DNA of 64,000 bases from Candidatus Cloacimonadales bacterium (GCA_963674825.1 OY771587.1:3543812-3607811), one strand, 5' to 3'. Shown: positions 19,544 through 29,795, counted from the stretch's first letter. Notes: generated by a model not told the origin, from the letters alone. Numbers and translations are program-made.

Positions 19544-22519
19544 CTATTTCAGCAGCAACATCTTCCGGGTACCGGCCACCTTACCATCAACCTTGAGCTG
19601 ATAGAAATAGACGCCCGTTGCGACATGCTTTCCACGGCCATCGGTTCCATCCCAGACAACGCTGTGCCTTCCGGGTGCAAACTGCTCATCGAGTACCTTG
19701 CGAACCATCTGACCGCGGATGTTGTAAACCTTCAGTTCAGCGCGCGCGTAATTCTTCATACTGAATTCGATAGTCGTCTCGGGATTGAACGGATTGGGAT
19801 AGTTACCATGCAGAATCGCGTATTTCGGCGCGGTTGCCGACGATCCGGATCCTTGCGGCATCTCATGGTAATTGGTCTCTTCGTAAGCGATGTTCAGGAT
19901 TTCAACAGCGTCGGAAGTTCTTACCTCGATGTAGTAGTAATCGTTTGGCGCTTCGATCTCGGAAAATCCGCTGATATCATGCCAATCTTCCCATTCAACC
20001 AGGCTGACATCGTCAAACCAGTTGTAGCCGTCCGGATCGCTGTTGAACTCGCTGTATATCTGAACGTCAAAGAAGTTGGTTCCGTCCGGGGGATCGATCT
20101 CTTTCCAATAGTGGTGCCAGTCGGTTGTGCCTGAGATATCTTCATCAAGCGAGTATTCAGCTAGCATGGAGCCCTGGGTACGTGCCGTATGATTGCGGAT
20201 TTTCAGCGTAGCATACTCGGCTTCTTCCGTTTTGATGTAGCCTTGAAGCGTGAACATCGTGGTATCCGAATCGCATTTGATTCTATTATCGAGGTTGACC
20301 GTCACGCCATCGCTGCCGCTCCAGAGCTGTTGCCGAAGTGAGCGTAAACCACGGTATGCAACGAAGTCGTCATAGTCCTCGTAGTTGCTGTTGAGGTTCC
20401 ATAACGTGCATCCTTCATCTTCCATATTACCCCACCAGAGGCGTTCCCGTCCCACGCGATACTGGCAATTAGCCACAAGGTCAGCAACCTGAAGCGACGA
20501 GATGTTTCCCTGACGTGTGAGGCGAATCGGGCCCGACGTGCTCCAGTCGTCAACCTGCACCATATCGAGCGTCTCTTCATAAAGCTCAGTTTCAGTATCG
20601 AACTGGGTTGTGTCCATGATTACATAGGCAATAACTTCCTCGCGATCGACATCCAGCCAGGTGTCGAGTTCTTTCGATTTCTGCGCCAGATAGTCCAGGA
20701 TATAGAGCCCGAGTTCGTTTTGCGCCGGTTGCGTGATGTAGTCGTCAATAAAGGCCGGGACGATCGAGAAATTCTTGTAGCCGTCTTCATCGACCTCCGC
20801 GTTGAGGATCATCGTGGGCATTGTTTCGGGATAATCAAGGTCGAAGACGTAGTTGCCGAGCGAATGCGCGATCAGCTTGCCGTTATATACCTCGAGGCCG
20901 TGGATGATGTGCGGATGATGCACAATCACCAGGTCAGCGCCGTTATCGATTGCGAAGTGGCGCATTTGCCGATCCCACATCTGCGGAACATCGTAGAGTG
21001 GCGAATAATCTTCATCGGCATTGTTGTTTAAATCCGGTTCGTCTGGAAGGTCGTATTCGTTACCCGGTTCGGTGGAATATTCGCTACCTGCGTGCCATAT
21101 CATGGTAATAATATCAGCGGTCTCCTGAACGGATTCGATCTGCTGCAGGACATTATACGGCGTCATGTAAGCGAATCCCGATTTATTGAGCCCCGCGTTG
21201 AGGTAAGGCTGGAAGTTGTTGTACTGTCCTGTGCGGTCGCTGGACATCAGGAAAGCCATGTTGATACCGGCGGGGTTGGCAAAAACGGGCTGGCTGGCTT
21301 CGTAGAGATCCATTCCCGCACCGCTGAACGCGATCCCTTCCTGAGTCAGCATCTGTTGCGTTTCGACGAGCCCTTCTTCCATATAATCAAGAATATGGTT
21401 GTTCGCGATGGTAACAATGTCGATTCCAGCGTATGTTAGGCCTTCGACATTGTCTGGATTTCCCTTGAAACAAACGGTTTTGGTCGGGTGCTGGTTATAT
21501 GAATTTGTCAGCTGACACTCGAGGTTGGCGATGGTCAGGTCTGCGGCTTCACCAAGGATGGATAACGTGGGATCGAAGATCGCTTCGACACCCAGCGTGT
21601 TGATGATCCCATTCCAATCATCGTATCGTCTTGCCAGCATGATATCACCCACGAAATTAACCTTAATAGGCAGCGTGGTTTCGCCTTCATCGACCCAAAT
21701 CTCGCAGGTAGCTGTTCCCCACATTCCGCTATCGTCCCGCACCTGTAGCAGTACGGTGTAATCATGGTCATCTTCGATCGTGTAGGTATGCAATGGTTCT
21801 GCTTCCTGGCTGGTTGCGCCATCGCCAAAGGACCAGAAATACTCAAATGTCTCGCTATCGGGATCCGTTACCTCTGCATGAAACTGGGCGGTAACGAAGC
21901 GGTCGCTGCGTGTAGGAACCTCGTAGCTTATCGCAACTGTCGGCTCAACCGGCAAATCTTCGGTGATGTTAACGATATGGTCAAAGTAAACCTCGCCGGA
22001 ATTGCTACCATCGTTGTCGTTTACATAGACAATGGAAGTTATTGTGGGATAGTATTCAAAACGCGCCATCCAGTCGTCAGCAACCGGTAGCAGGATAGTA
22101 TTCCATTGATCTATCGGAAAAGCACCCTGATAGACGGTTACCCATTCATCGATGTCCAGTTCCTGGGAGCCGGCAAAGCTGTAGAAAAGTGTATGTGCGC
22201 TGTCTTGAAGCGCAAAGCCTTGAATCTCGCTGACATTATCCACGTAAACCGCGACCTGCCAGACATCGCCTTCCACTACATCGATCGAATCGACAGCTTC
22301 AACCTTCCAGGTGTTACCAAACAGTTTAAGGGCGTATTCCGATTCGTTCCAAGTAGTAAGAGAATCGAGCGACCAGTCGTCCGGATCGCCGTCTTCATCG
22401 GCATATGATTCAAGTTCGATCAGTCCATCCTCGAAGTCTTCGATTACAACCTCGCGGTATCCAGTGGCGCTCAGGCCGATTATAAACATGCTGAGAGCAA
22501 GAAGTATCAATGTGCGCAT
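19544..22519 (-). CDS. Large secreted protein: PKD domain plus CapA/PGA_cap-type metallophosphatase domain plus C-terminal sorting-type (T9SS CTD / FlgD-Ig-like) domain
   Basis: Signal peptide. PKD motif FWSFGDGATS...HTY. CapA-like VNFVGDIMLARR, ANLECQLT, WHAGSEY, VHHPHIIHGLE...SLGNYVFD. C-terminus YPNPFNPETTIEF...KMLLLK. Confidence 0.8.
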   Translation of the reverse strand: MRTLILLALSMFIIGLSATGYREVVIEDFEDGLIELESYADEDGDPDDWSLDSLTTWNESEYALKLFGNTWKVEAVDSIDVVEGDVWQVAVYVDNVSEIQGFALQDSAHTLFYSFAGSQELDIDEWVTVYQGAFPIDQWNTILLPVADDWMARFEYYPTITSIVYVNDNDGSNSGEVYFDHIVNITEDLPVEPTVAISYEVPTRSDRFVTAQFHAEVTDPDSETFEYFWSFGDGATSQEAEPLHTYTIEDDHDYTVLLQVRDDSGMWGTATCEIWVDEGETTLPIKVNFVGDIMLARRYDDWNGIINTLGVEAIFDPTLSILGEAADLTIANLECQLTNSYNQHPTKTVCFKGNPDNVEGLTYAGIDIVTIANNHILDYMEEGLVETQQMLTQEGIAFSGAGMDLYEASQPVFANPAGINMAFLMSSDRTGQYNNFQPYLNAGLNKSGFAYMTPYNVLQQIESVQETADIITMIWHAGSEYSTEPGNEYDLPDEPDLNNNADEDYSPLYDVPQMWDRQMRHFAIDNGADLVIVHHPHIIHGLEVYNGKLIAHSLGNYVFDLDYPETMPTMILNAEVDEDGYKNFSIVPAFIDDYITQPAQNELGLYILDYLAQKSKELDTWLDVDREEVIAYVIMDTTQFDTETELYEETLDMVQVDDWSTSGPIRLTRQGNISSLQVADLVANCQYRVGRERLWWGNMEDEGCTLWNLNSNYEDYDDFVAYRGLRSLRQQLWSGSDGVTVNLDNRIKCDSDTTMFTLQGYIKTEEAEYATLKIRNHTARTQGSMLAEYSLDEDISGTTDWHHYWKEIDPPDGTNFFDVQIYSEFNSDPDGYNWFDDVSLVEWEDWHDISGFSEIEAPNDYYYIEVRTSDAVEILNIAYEETNYHEMPQGSGSSATAPKYAILHGNYPNPFNPETTIEFSMKNYARAELKVYNIRGQMVRKVLDEQFAPGRHSVVWDGTDGRGKHVATGVYFYQLKVDGKVAGTRKMLLLK

Positions 22520-22674
22520 ACGCTATCCTTTGTTGAAGTTGGAGATCGTGTACCGATGTCATGTGTATCAAGATTCGTTCCACATTGCAAGAAAAATTAT
22601 CATCGTACTCAGACGGGAATTCGTTTTCATTGACAGCGAGAGCGGCGACGAGGTTGTTTACCTGCGAGGTAAAA

Positions 22675-24609
22675 ATGAACGTAGTAGCATATATCTCCGA
22701 TCACGGCTTTGGCCACGCAACTCGTATGGAAGCGCTTGTGCGTCAACTAAACGACTTCGGTATCTTCTGCCATATCCGCACGGGCAGACCGGAATTTCTA
22801 TTCAATACGCTCAATGACCAGTTTTATCAATACGAGGATGTACGACTCGACGATGGCATGACCCACGAAAACTGGTGGACCATCGACATGGAAACCACCC
22901 GGAAGCGGATTTTTGAGCGTTACAAGGATTACGAAGCGCTTGTGGAAGCCGAAGTTTCCTTCCTAAAAGAGAACCACATCGATCTGGTTATCGCGGATGT
23001 CCCACCGCTCGCGTTCGAGATCGCGAAGCGTGCAGGTGTTTTCAGCATCGCAATCTCAAACTTCGACTGGCACTATATCTACCGCAATGTATTCACCCAA
23101 GATAAAGAGCTGAAGCCCCTCCTCGATCAGATCGCCTCGCTGTATGGCAAGGCTGACTGTTCTTTCCGACTTCCGTTTTCGGACAGTCAGAGCATCACCG
23201 GAGAAAAAAAAGGCGTTCTGGCCAGAAAACTTCCGCAGAATCGCGCAAAATTCTGTCGTGAGCACAATATCGATCCCAACGACCTCATCGTACGTGTTTC
23301 CTTCGGTGGTGAAGGCGGTAATCCCGTCGATATGGACAGCCTGCTGAAAGTGCCGGGTATCACGGTTCTCACCAACGATCAGCACGGCGAGGATCACGAT
23401 AACTACCGCGCGCTTTCGGGAAACCAGGCTTTCACCGAAGCACTGGGTGCGACCGATGTCATCATCACCAAGCTCGGATACAGTACGCTGGCCGAGTTGA
23501 CCCAAATGGGCATTTTCCTTATCTATACATACCGCGAAGACTACCCGGAAAACAAGATCCTGGAAGGCGATCTCGATGGTTACGCACGCAAAATCCACGT
23601 TCCGCTCGATCAAATCGGCAGCGCAGACTGGAACAACCTGCTCGATCAGGCTAAACAGCGGCTTCAAGAACCTTACAACGTACGCAAGTACAGGAATCGA
23701 AATCGCGATATCGCGCTAAGCTGCATTCAGCGCTGCTTCGATGGCCGGACCGGCAAGAAAGCAGTCATCGATGTGGGAACCAACAACATCCAAATGCTGT
23801 GGGCAATCGGTAAGGATGTAGTACACCGCGCATCACAAATATCAGCTCTGGGCAAAGGCATGAAAGACGGTATCCTGACCGGAGCTGCGATCATTCGCGC
23901 CAAACACATCCTGCGAGACTACGTAGATTCCGCACGTGCCTTCACAGAAGATATCACCGTCACCGGAACCAGTTGCTCCCGCGAGGCAAAAAACATTCAC
24001 CTGCTGTCCGACTGGCTTCATAAGCGCTACGGAATCGGCTATCACATCCTCTCCGAAAAAGAAGAAGCCGGGTTGAGCGCACTGGTGATGCGGGTTGATT
24101 TCCCGGAGCATAAACGCCTGGTATCGTTCGATATCGGTGGTGGCAGTACTGAATTCAATCTTCTGCAAGACGGTGAATTGCTCGAATCGATCAGCTTACC
24201 GGTGGGAATACGTCGCCTTGAAAACCTGTTCACATCGAATACCGAAGCAAAGATTGAGTACATCTCAAGCCAATTGAACCGTATAGCAAGCTGGAAAAGT
24301 GAGCCGGTGACACTCGTGGGAATCGGCGGAAGTATTGCAAATCTTGCTGCCGTGAAAGCCGGATTAATTCGCTACAATCCAGAAATTGTCCATAAAATGA
24401 TCCTCAGCTCAGACGATATGAAGAATTTCATTGACACTTTCGGAAAATTAACCTACAAAGAAATCCAGGAACTGATGCCTTTCGAACCGGCTCGCGCGGA
24501 TCTGATCCGAACCGGTTCCATATTTATTAAGATGGTTATGGACTTTTTCGACCAGGAAAGGGTGATTGTTAGCGACCGTGGCTTGATGTTTGGAGTGCTG
24601 TACCAGTAA
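22675..24609 (+). CDS. Fusion protein: N-terminal GT-B-like (MurG/UDP-glycosyltransferase-like) domain plus C-terminal Ppx/GppA-type (ASKHA) phosphatase domain
   Basis: Start moved to the ATG at 22675 (MNVVAYISDHGFGHATR). The C-terminal half has AVIDVGTNNIQML...VTGTSCSREAKN...SEKEEAGLSAL...FDIGGGSTEF, the Ppx/GppA motif set. Confidence 0.7.
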   Translation: MNVVAYISDHGFGHATRMEALVRQLNDFGIFCHIRTGRPEFLFNTLNDQFYQYEDVRLDDGMTHENWWTIDMETTRKRIFERYKDYEALVEAEVSFLKENHIDLVIADVPPLAFEIAKRAGVFSIAISNFDWHYIYRNVFTQDKELKPLLDQIASLYGKADCSFRLPFSDSQSITGEKKGVLARKLPQNRAKFCREHNIDPNDLIVRVSFGGEGGNPVDMDSLLKVPGITVLTNDQHGEDHDNYRALSGNQAFTEALGATDVIITKLGYSTLAELTQMGIFLIYTYREDYPENKILEGDLDGYARKIHVPLDQIGSADWNNLLDQAKQRLQEPYNVRKYRNRNRDIALSCIQRCFDGRTGKKAVIDVGTNNIQMLWAIGKDVVHRASQISALGKGMKDGILTGAAIIRAKHILRDYVDSARAFTEDITVTGTSCSREAKNIHLLSDWLHKRYGIGYHILSEKEEAGLSALVMRVDFPEHKRLVSFDIGGGSTEFNLLQDGELLESISLPVGIRRLENLFTSNTEAKIEYISSQLNRIASWKSEPVTLVGIGGSIANLAAVKAGLIRYNPEIVHKMILSSDDMKNFIDTFGKLTYKEIQELMPFEPARADLIRTGSIFIKMVMDFFDQERVIVSDRGLMFGVLYQ

Positions 24610-24647
24610 AGTCCTGTAATCGATCAATTCGACAATCGGGGTTTGTT

Positions 24648-26801
24648 ATGTCTTCTGCGATGAAAATAGAGCAATTACCGCGTGGCGGAATAATCGTACG
24701 CTCTGGTGACGATTGTATCCAATATGGAGCACCACCCGAAACGATCAAGGACACCCAAAGGCGTTCTGAAGGCGTTCCAAGACACTATTTAATACCACAT
24801 CAAATGTTCGATATCCAGCGCGGAATCTCGCTGGCTGATATGGAATTCCCCGTTTATTACAATTTTTTCCAGAGTGGTGGGAAGACCATCATCATCTGTA
24901 CTGAGGAGCAACGCAAACGCTTACAGATGATCCTTCGTGAATCTCTTTTCGGACCGGAAAAGCTTGAACCTGCCTATCTCGAATCTGAGATACGCTATTT
25001 TCGCAATAACCCATTCAATCCCGGCCATCAGATGAACCTCTCGGACCTGGTTCAGTTCAGGGTATTCAAGAATCACGAGATAACGATCGGTGGTTTCAGC
25101 ATTCGTCGTCACAATGACGGAAGCTTCGATGTTGTTGATAAGGATGGAAATCAAACAAACCTGGCCCAGAACGCAATTTTCGGGGAGCGTCCTCAGATCA
25201 GTGACGTTCATTATTATTCCTTTCGCCAACCAATCTACGGGATTACCATCCTTGGTGCAGGAGACGGTTTCAACCCCGATTCGATAACATCTGGAATGAT
25301 CGTCTGGGTAAACAGGCGCGGAATTATCGTCGATCCACCGGTAAACACTACCGAACGCATGGCTCGACTCGGAGTGAGCCCCAAGCTCATCGATAGCGTG
25401 ATCCTGACCCATTGTCATTCCGACCACGATGCCGGTACCATCCAGCAGCTCATGCAGGAAGGACGACTTAACCTCTATACAACGCAGTCTATCTTCTCAG
25501 GATTTTTGCGCAAAATCTCAGCGCTGACCTGCATCGAGAAGGATCATCTGCGCAAGATGGTCTCTTTCTACCCAGTGAAAATCGACGAACCGCAACGCAT
25601 CGGCGGAGCGGAATTCCGATTCCAGTACAACCTCCATTCGCTGCCTACGATATCTTTCAGGGTATCTCTGCACGGTATTGACATGGTCTATAGTTCCGAC
25701 ACGCAAAACGATCCCGATTTCATCGAAAAGATGTATCGTGAAGGGTTTATCGATCAGAAGCGTCGTGATCAGTTACTGGATTTCCCATGGGACAGCGATG
25801 TTATATTTCACGAAGCAGGCTCCAAGCCGCTCCATACACCGATAGAATTTCTCTGCAACCTGCCAGAGGAAGTACGCCGCAAGATGTATCTTCTGCACAC
25901 CGACTTATCAAGAATTCCACCAGATTCCGGCCTGCGGATCGCCCCCACCGGATTGGCGAATACCATCACGATGGATGTCGGCGAGATGCCGCATGATGCT
26001 GCTATCGAAGTGCTCGATGTGCTCTCGCATATGGATATGTTCCGTGAGCTTCCCATCGAAAAAGCACGCGAGATTCTCATCTATATCAAACGTCGGTCAT
26101 ACGCAAAATCCGAAGTGATTCATCGTGAAGGCGATCCGGCAGAGTACTTCAGCATCATCCTGCACGGTGCTGTGCGAATCGAAGTAAATGGCAAACATAT
26201 CACGACGCTGGGAAAGGGCGATTTTTTCGGTGAAAAATCGATGATGCTTGGGTTAAGCCATAGCGGTGACGCTGTTGCGGAAACTGATGTAGAACTGCTA
26301 TCTATCGAGCGGGATGATTTTTACGCGCTGATTCAAGGTACCGAACTGCAAGACACGCTGGACCATCTGGCACGCATTCAGAACCTCGAGCTCTGGAAGC
26401 TGGTGCAAAACAATCCTGAATTCGCCAGTCTTACGCCTACTCAGATCAATCACCTTCATCGTATGTTCAATTCGGAAATTCTATCCATTGCAGCCGGAAA
26501 GAGATTCATCCGCCAGGGCGATCTGATCGATTCATGCTACGTTATAAAAAAAGGCAGTGTCGATGTGATTCAGAATAACCGGGTCATTGACACGATTGGA
26601 GTGGGCGATATTTTCGGCGTGACTGCGATCTTCGATAAGGAACGAAAAGTTCACCACGGCTTTCGCTGTGTCGATGATGTCGAGCTGTACTCGATCGGAC
26701 GTGAAGCGATGATCGAATACATCGAGAAGAATCCCGGTGCATATGCCCGGCTATATTACTCGAACTATATCCAAAGTTCACCGGAGAACAGATGCTTGTA
26801 A
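24648..26801 (+). CDS. Multidomain protein: unknown N-terminal domain, MBL-fold hydrolase (HxHxDH), and two cyclic-nucleotide-binding domains
   Basis: LTHCHSDHDAG motif. Two cNMP-binding modules (FRELPIEKAR...GDFFGEKSMM and ...GDIFGVTAIF). Confidence 0.75.
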   Translation: MSSAMKIEQLPRGGIIVRSGDDCIQYGAPPETIKDTQRRSEGVPRHYLIPHQMFDIQRGISLADMEFPVYYNFFQSGGKTIIICTEEQRKRLQMILRESLFGPEKLEPAYLESEIRYFRNNPFNPGHQMNLSDLVQFRVFKNHEITIGGFSIRRHNDGSFDVVDKDGNQTNLAQNAIFGERPQISDVHYYSFRQPIYGITILGAGDGFNPDSITSGMIVWVNRRGIIVDPPVNTTERMARLGVSPKLIDSVILTHCHSDHDAGTIQQLMQEGRLNLYTTQSIFSGFLRKISALTCIEKDHLRKMVSFYPVKIDEPQRIGGAEFRFQYNLHSLPTISFRVSLHGIDMVYSSDTQNDPDFIEKMYREGFIDQKRRDQLLDFPWDSDVIFHEAGSKPLHTPIEFLCNLPEEVRRKMYLLHTDLSRIPPDSGLRIAPTGLANTITMDVGEMPHDAAIEVLDVLSHMDMFRELPIEKAREILIYIKRRSYAKSEVIHREGDPAEYFSIILHGAVRIEVNGKHITTLGKGDFFGEKSMMLGLSHSGDAVAETDVELLSIERDDFYALIQGTELQDTLDHLARIQNLELWKLVQNNPEFASLTPTQINHLHRMFNSEILSIAAGKRFIRQGDLIDSCYVIKKGSVDVIQNNRVIDTIGVGDIFGVTAIFDKERKVHHGFRCVDDVELYSIGREAMIEYIEKNPGAYARLYYSNYIQSSPENRCL

Positions 26802-27793
26802 TTTTAAAACCAAAGATAGATCCCGAGTTGGAGAAAGATTTCATTCGGCACATCCTGGAGATGAAGCTGGATTACTACCAGTATGAGCTACCTGACAGGC
26901 ATGCAATCTATGTCCGTCACGATATTCCGCCCCAAGACCTTAACATTCTGACGCATCATGAAGCCGTCGAGAATGTCGTGCGACTCAGTGGTCAGCAGAA
27001 GCAGGTTTCCAGTTCTCAGCCTCCGGTTGCAATTGAAATTGGTGACGAAGCTATCTCTCGTGAGACTTTCACGATTATGGCAGGACCCTGTACGTTCATC
27101 GATGAGAGCGACCTTTCCGCTGTTGCGGAGAAGCTTGCCGAAGAGGGAGTTAAGTTCTTGCGCGCAGGTGTTTTTAAGTTGCGAACGTCTCCTTATTCAT
27201 ACCCGGGACCCGGAGTGAAGGGTCTGGATATCCTTCGTCGCGTCACCGAGAAATTCGGGATGCATTCGATTACTGAGGTCACATCGATCGAGGATGCAAA
27301 GATGTCAGCTCAATATGTGGATATCTTGCAGGTTGGTACGCGGAACATGTACAATGTGCCGATGCTTTCGACACTGGGTAAGATCGGGAAACCGGTGCTG
27401 CTGAAGCGAGGTCTTTCGAGCACCTACGAGGAATGGCTGTACGCTGCAGAGCATATTGCGGTTCAAGGTTGTACGGATATTATTCTGTGTGAACGGGGGA
27501 TTCGCACCTACGATAGCTATTTACGCAACACGCCGGATATCGCGGCGATACCTGTTATGAAATCGATGAGTAGATTGCCGGTGATTTTCGATCCGTCGCA
27601 TGCGACAGGTAAAAGGGAGATGGTCAGACCGCTCTCACTTGCGGCGTGTGCGGCTGGAGCGGACGGACTTCTGATAGAAGTCCACCCGGAGCCGAATCGC
27701 TCACCGATCGATGCACATCAGACGATAGGCATTGACGAACTGAGCGGAATATTACGAGATATCAAGACGATTCGATCGATCTATAACAGCTGA
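26792..27793 (+). CDS. 3-deoxy-7-phosphoheptulonate (DAHP) synthase, class I-beta with N-terminal regulatory extension
   Basis: FTIMAGPCTFIDES...FLRAGVFKLRTSPYSYPGPG...LKRGLSST...FDPSHATGKRE motifs match the KDO8P/DAHP synthase I-beta family. Overlaps the upstream gene by 10 nt. Confidence 0.88.
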   Translation: MLVILKPKIDPELEKDFIRHILEMKLDYYQYELPDRHAIYVRHDIPPQDLNILTHHEAVENVVRLSGQQKQVSSSQPPVAIEIGDEAISRETFTIMAGPCTFIDESDLSAVAEKLAEEGVKFLRAGVFKLRTSPYSYPGPGVKGLDILRRVTEKFGMHSITEVTSIEDAKMSAQYVDILQVGTRNMYNVPMLSTLGKIGKPVLLKRGLSSTYEEWLYAAEHIAVQGCTDIILCERGIRTYDSYLRNTPDIAAIPVMKSMSRLPVIFDPSHATGKREMVRPLSLAACAAGADGLLIEVHPEPNRSPIDAHQTIGIDELSGILRDIKTIRSIYNS

Positions 27794-27795
27794 GA

Positions 27796-28512
27796 TTAGT
27801 CCAGATTGCTCTTACCGACTTTGATGATGTCGCCAGAGCCATGGACCGACTGACTGATCGATTCGGGAGATCCCTGATAATAGACATCGCCGGAACCATT
27901 CACAGACACAGCCAGTGCGTTATCAACCGCGATCTTTACATCGCCTGAACCATTGATGGTCACACTTGCGCTGCTTGAATTCATATCGAATGCATTGACG
28001 TCACCCGAGCCATTGATCGAAACCTTGTGGCTACCGGTATTGCCTTTGAGAAGGACATCGCCTGAGCCCGAGATATGGGTTTCGACATCTTTGTAATCGA
28101 CCGTCAATGAAATATCGCCAGAACCGTCGACCGCAATATAGAGCTGTTTGCCAGTGATCTTTCCATTGGAATCGATATCACCGGATCCGGCAACGCTGAG
28201 GCGTCTGACTTCAGGCATCTCGATCCTGATTTTAATGCTCTTGTGAGAGCGGATGTTGGCTTTTCTTTTAAAGGACAATACCAATGCACCGTTATCCACT
28301 TCAGTCTCAATGAGCTCCATCAGGTTGTCTTCTGCGATAATCTCGCATGAAAAGCCATCACCTTGCGTCACGGTTACATCGGCAGACATACGGAGTGAAA
28401 TCGAATCGAAATCCGAAACGTCACGGTTTTCCGTGATGACATTGCCCGAACCGACAATCGCGAATGTGAGTGTTGAAAAAAGGCTTAAAACGAAAACCGC
28501 CAATCCTTTCAT
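27796..28512 (-). CDS. Secreted DUF2807-like (GIN-domain) beta-helix repeat protein
   Basis: Signal peptide followed by six or more (G/N)GSGD(V/I) repeats spaced ~20 aa apart. Confidence 0.7.
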   Translation of the reverse strand: MKGLAVFVLSLFSTLTFAIVGSGNVITENRDVSDFDSISLRMSADVTVTQGDGFSCEIIAEDNLMELIETEVDNGALVLSFKRKANIRSHKSIKIRIEMPEVRRLSVAGSGDIDSNGKITGKQLYIAVDGSGDISLTVDYKDVETHISGSGDVLLKGNTGSHKVSINGSGDVNAFDMNSSSASVTINGSGDVKIAVDNALAVSVNGSGDVYYQGSPESISQSVHGSGDIIKVGKSNLD

Positions 28513-28575
28513 GGTTACCTCCTGTTTGTTTTCTGCCGAAACAAGAGCTTATTTCTGACTCTTTCTGAGATTTCG

Positions 28576-28842
28576 TTATCTACCTTTGCGAAGTTTTTTG
28601 TCCAAATGCAGCATCGTGAACTGCCTCTTCACACGATGATTGGCAATTCGTTCCAGAACAAAGAACACAAGAATACCAATTGACAGCGATAATACACTAC
28701 ATAACAACAGGAATTCGTTTTCTGTGTCCCGGAAGAACTCCAATGCCAAAATAATGCCGCCTAACAAGCCAATTACAAATATAGTAACCCCGACAATCAC
28801 CATCTGTTTGCTTGACTTAGCCGTTTTGGTGAACATAAACAC
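28576..28842 (-). CDS. Small membrane protein (2 TM helices)
   Basis: 88-aa ORF with two hydrophobic helices. No family recognised. Confidence 0.45.
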   Translation of the reverse strand: MFMFTKTAKSSKQMVIVGVTIFVIGLLGGIILALEFFRDTENEFLLLCSVLSLSIGILVFFVLERIANHRVKRQFTMLHLDKKLRKGR

Positions 28843-29057
28843 TCCTTAATAAGATCAGTAAAGCAATGTTCAGTGTAATGTCAAGAAGATTCGGCAAGTC
28901 AATGGAAAATGATTTGAGTTCACATGACAAATCCTGTATATTTTTAATATGCAATATTTGAATGCTCTGAGGTCGGAAAACTTGCCGAAAAAAAGGTTGC
29001 GTAAATCCCATGAGAAAAATAGATTGAATAAGTGAAAAATGAATATTGGGATGAAGT

Positions 29058-29750
29058 ATGTTTAATTTGAAAATCATGATTCCGCTACTGATTCTGCTTC
29101 TGCTTTCTGCTGCTGTAATTTCCTACAAAGTCTTTGTTTACGAGAGTAAAGACAAGCTCGTCCCGCGCGTTTCCGTGCTGAATCTCGACGAGGCAATTGC
29201 GGTTCTGGAATCGCGTGGACTCGATTATCGAGTTACCAAAATTGGTGATACCGAGCCCAATCCGGACGATCCGGTTATTCGGCAGGAGCCGATCGCTGGA
29301 ACGCGTGTATGGGATGATATGGTCGTTGAGTTGATTGTCTCGAACCGGCCTATGCCGCTTCCGGAAATTGACTCACTCAATGTAGCTGAAGCCGTTCGGT
29401 TGACCAACGAATATGGTTTCGAGGTTGCCGACACACTGTACGCTTACGACGATTACATCCCTGAAGGATTAGTTGTAGGCTACAAAGATCGCAGCACGAC
29501 GACTGTTTTGAAAACACCGGTGACGATCATTGTCTCCAAAGGTGTTTCCTGGGGCACGATACCGAGAGTTACTGGTATTCACGCTCAAAGAGCCGAGAAA
29601 AAGCTTCGAGACGCTGGTTTCTCGAACATAGAATTTTCAATGAAACCGGATAAAAAACTACTGGAAGGATATGTATTGGATGTCCAACCCAGTAGTGGAA
29701 GATATAGAAGAGACACGACGATCCACGTCACTGTATCAAGTGGATCGTGA
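29058..29750 (+). CDS. Membrane-anchored stand-alone PASTA-domain protein (three PASTA repeats)
   Basis: N-terminal TM helix, then three ~65-aa repeats (VPRVSVLNLDEAIAVLESRGL..., LPEIDSLNVAEAVRLTNEYGF..., IPRVTGIHAQRAEKKLRDAGF...). No kinase or PBP domain. Confidence 0.75.
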   Translation: MFNLKIMIPLLILLLLSAAVISYKVFVYESKDKLVPRVSVLNLDEAIAVLESRGLDYRVTKIGDTEPNPDDPVIRQEPIAGTRVWDDMVVELIVSNRPMPLPEIDSLNVAEAVRLTNEYGFEVADTLYAYDDYIPEGLVVGYKDRSTTTVLKTPVTIIVSKGVSWGTIPRVTGIHAQRAEKKLRDAGFSNIEFSMKPDKKLLEGYVLDVQPSSGRYRRDTTIHVTVSSGS

Positions 29751-29795
29751 TCTGATCAGCCTTAACTTTCCCCAACGGTATAAGAAGACCCGATC

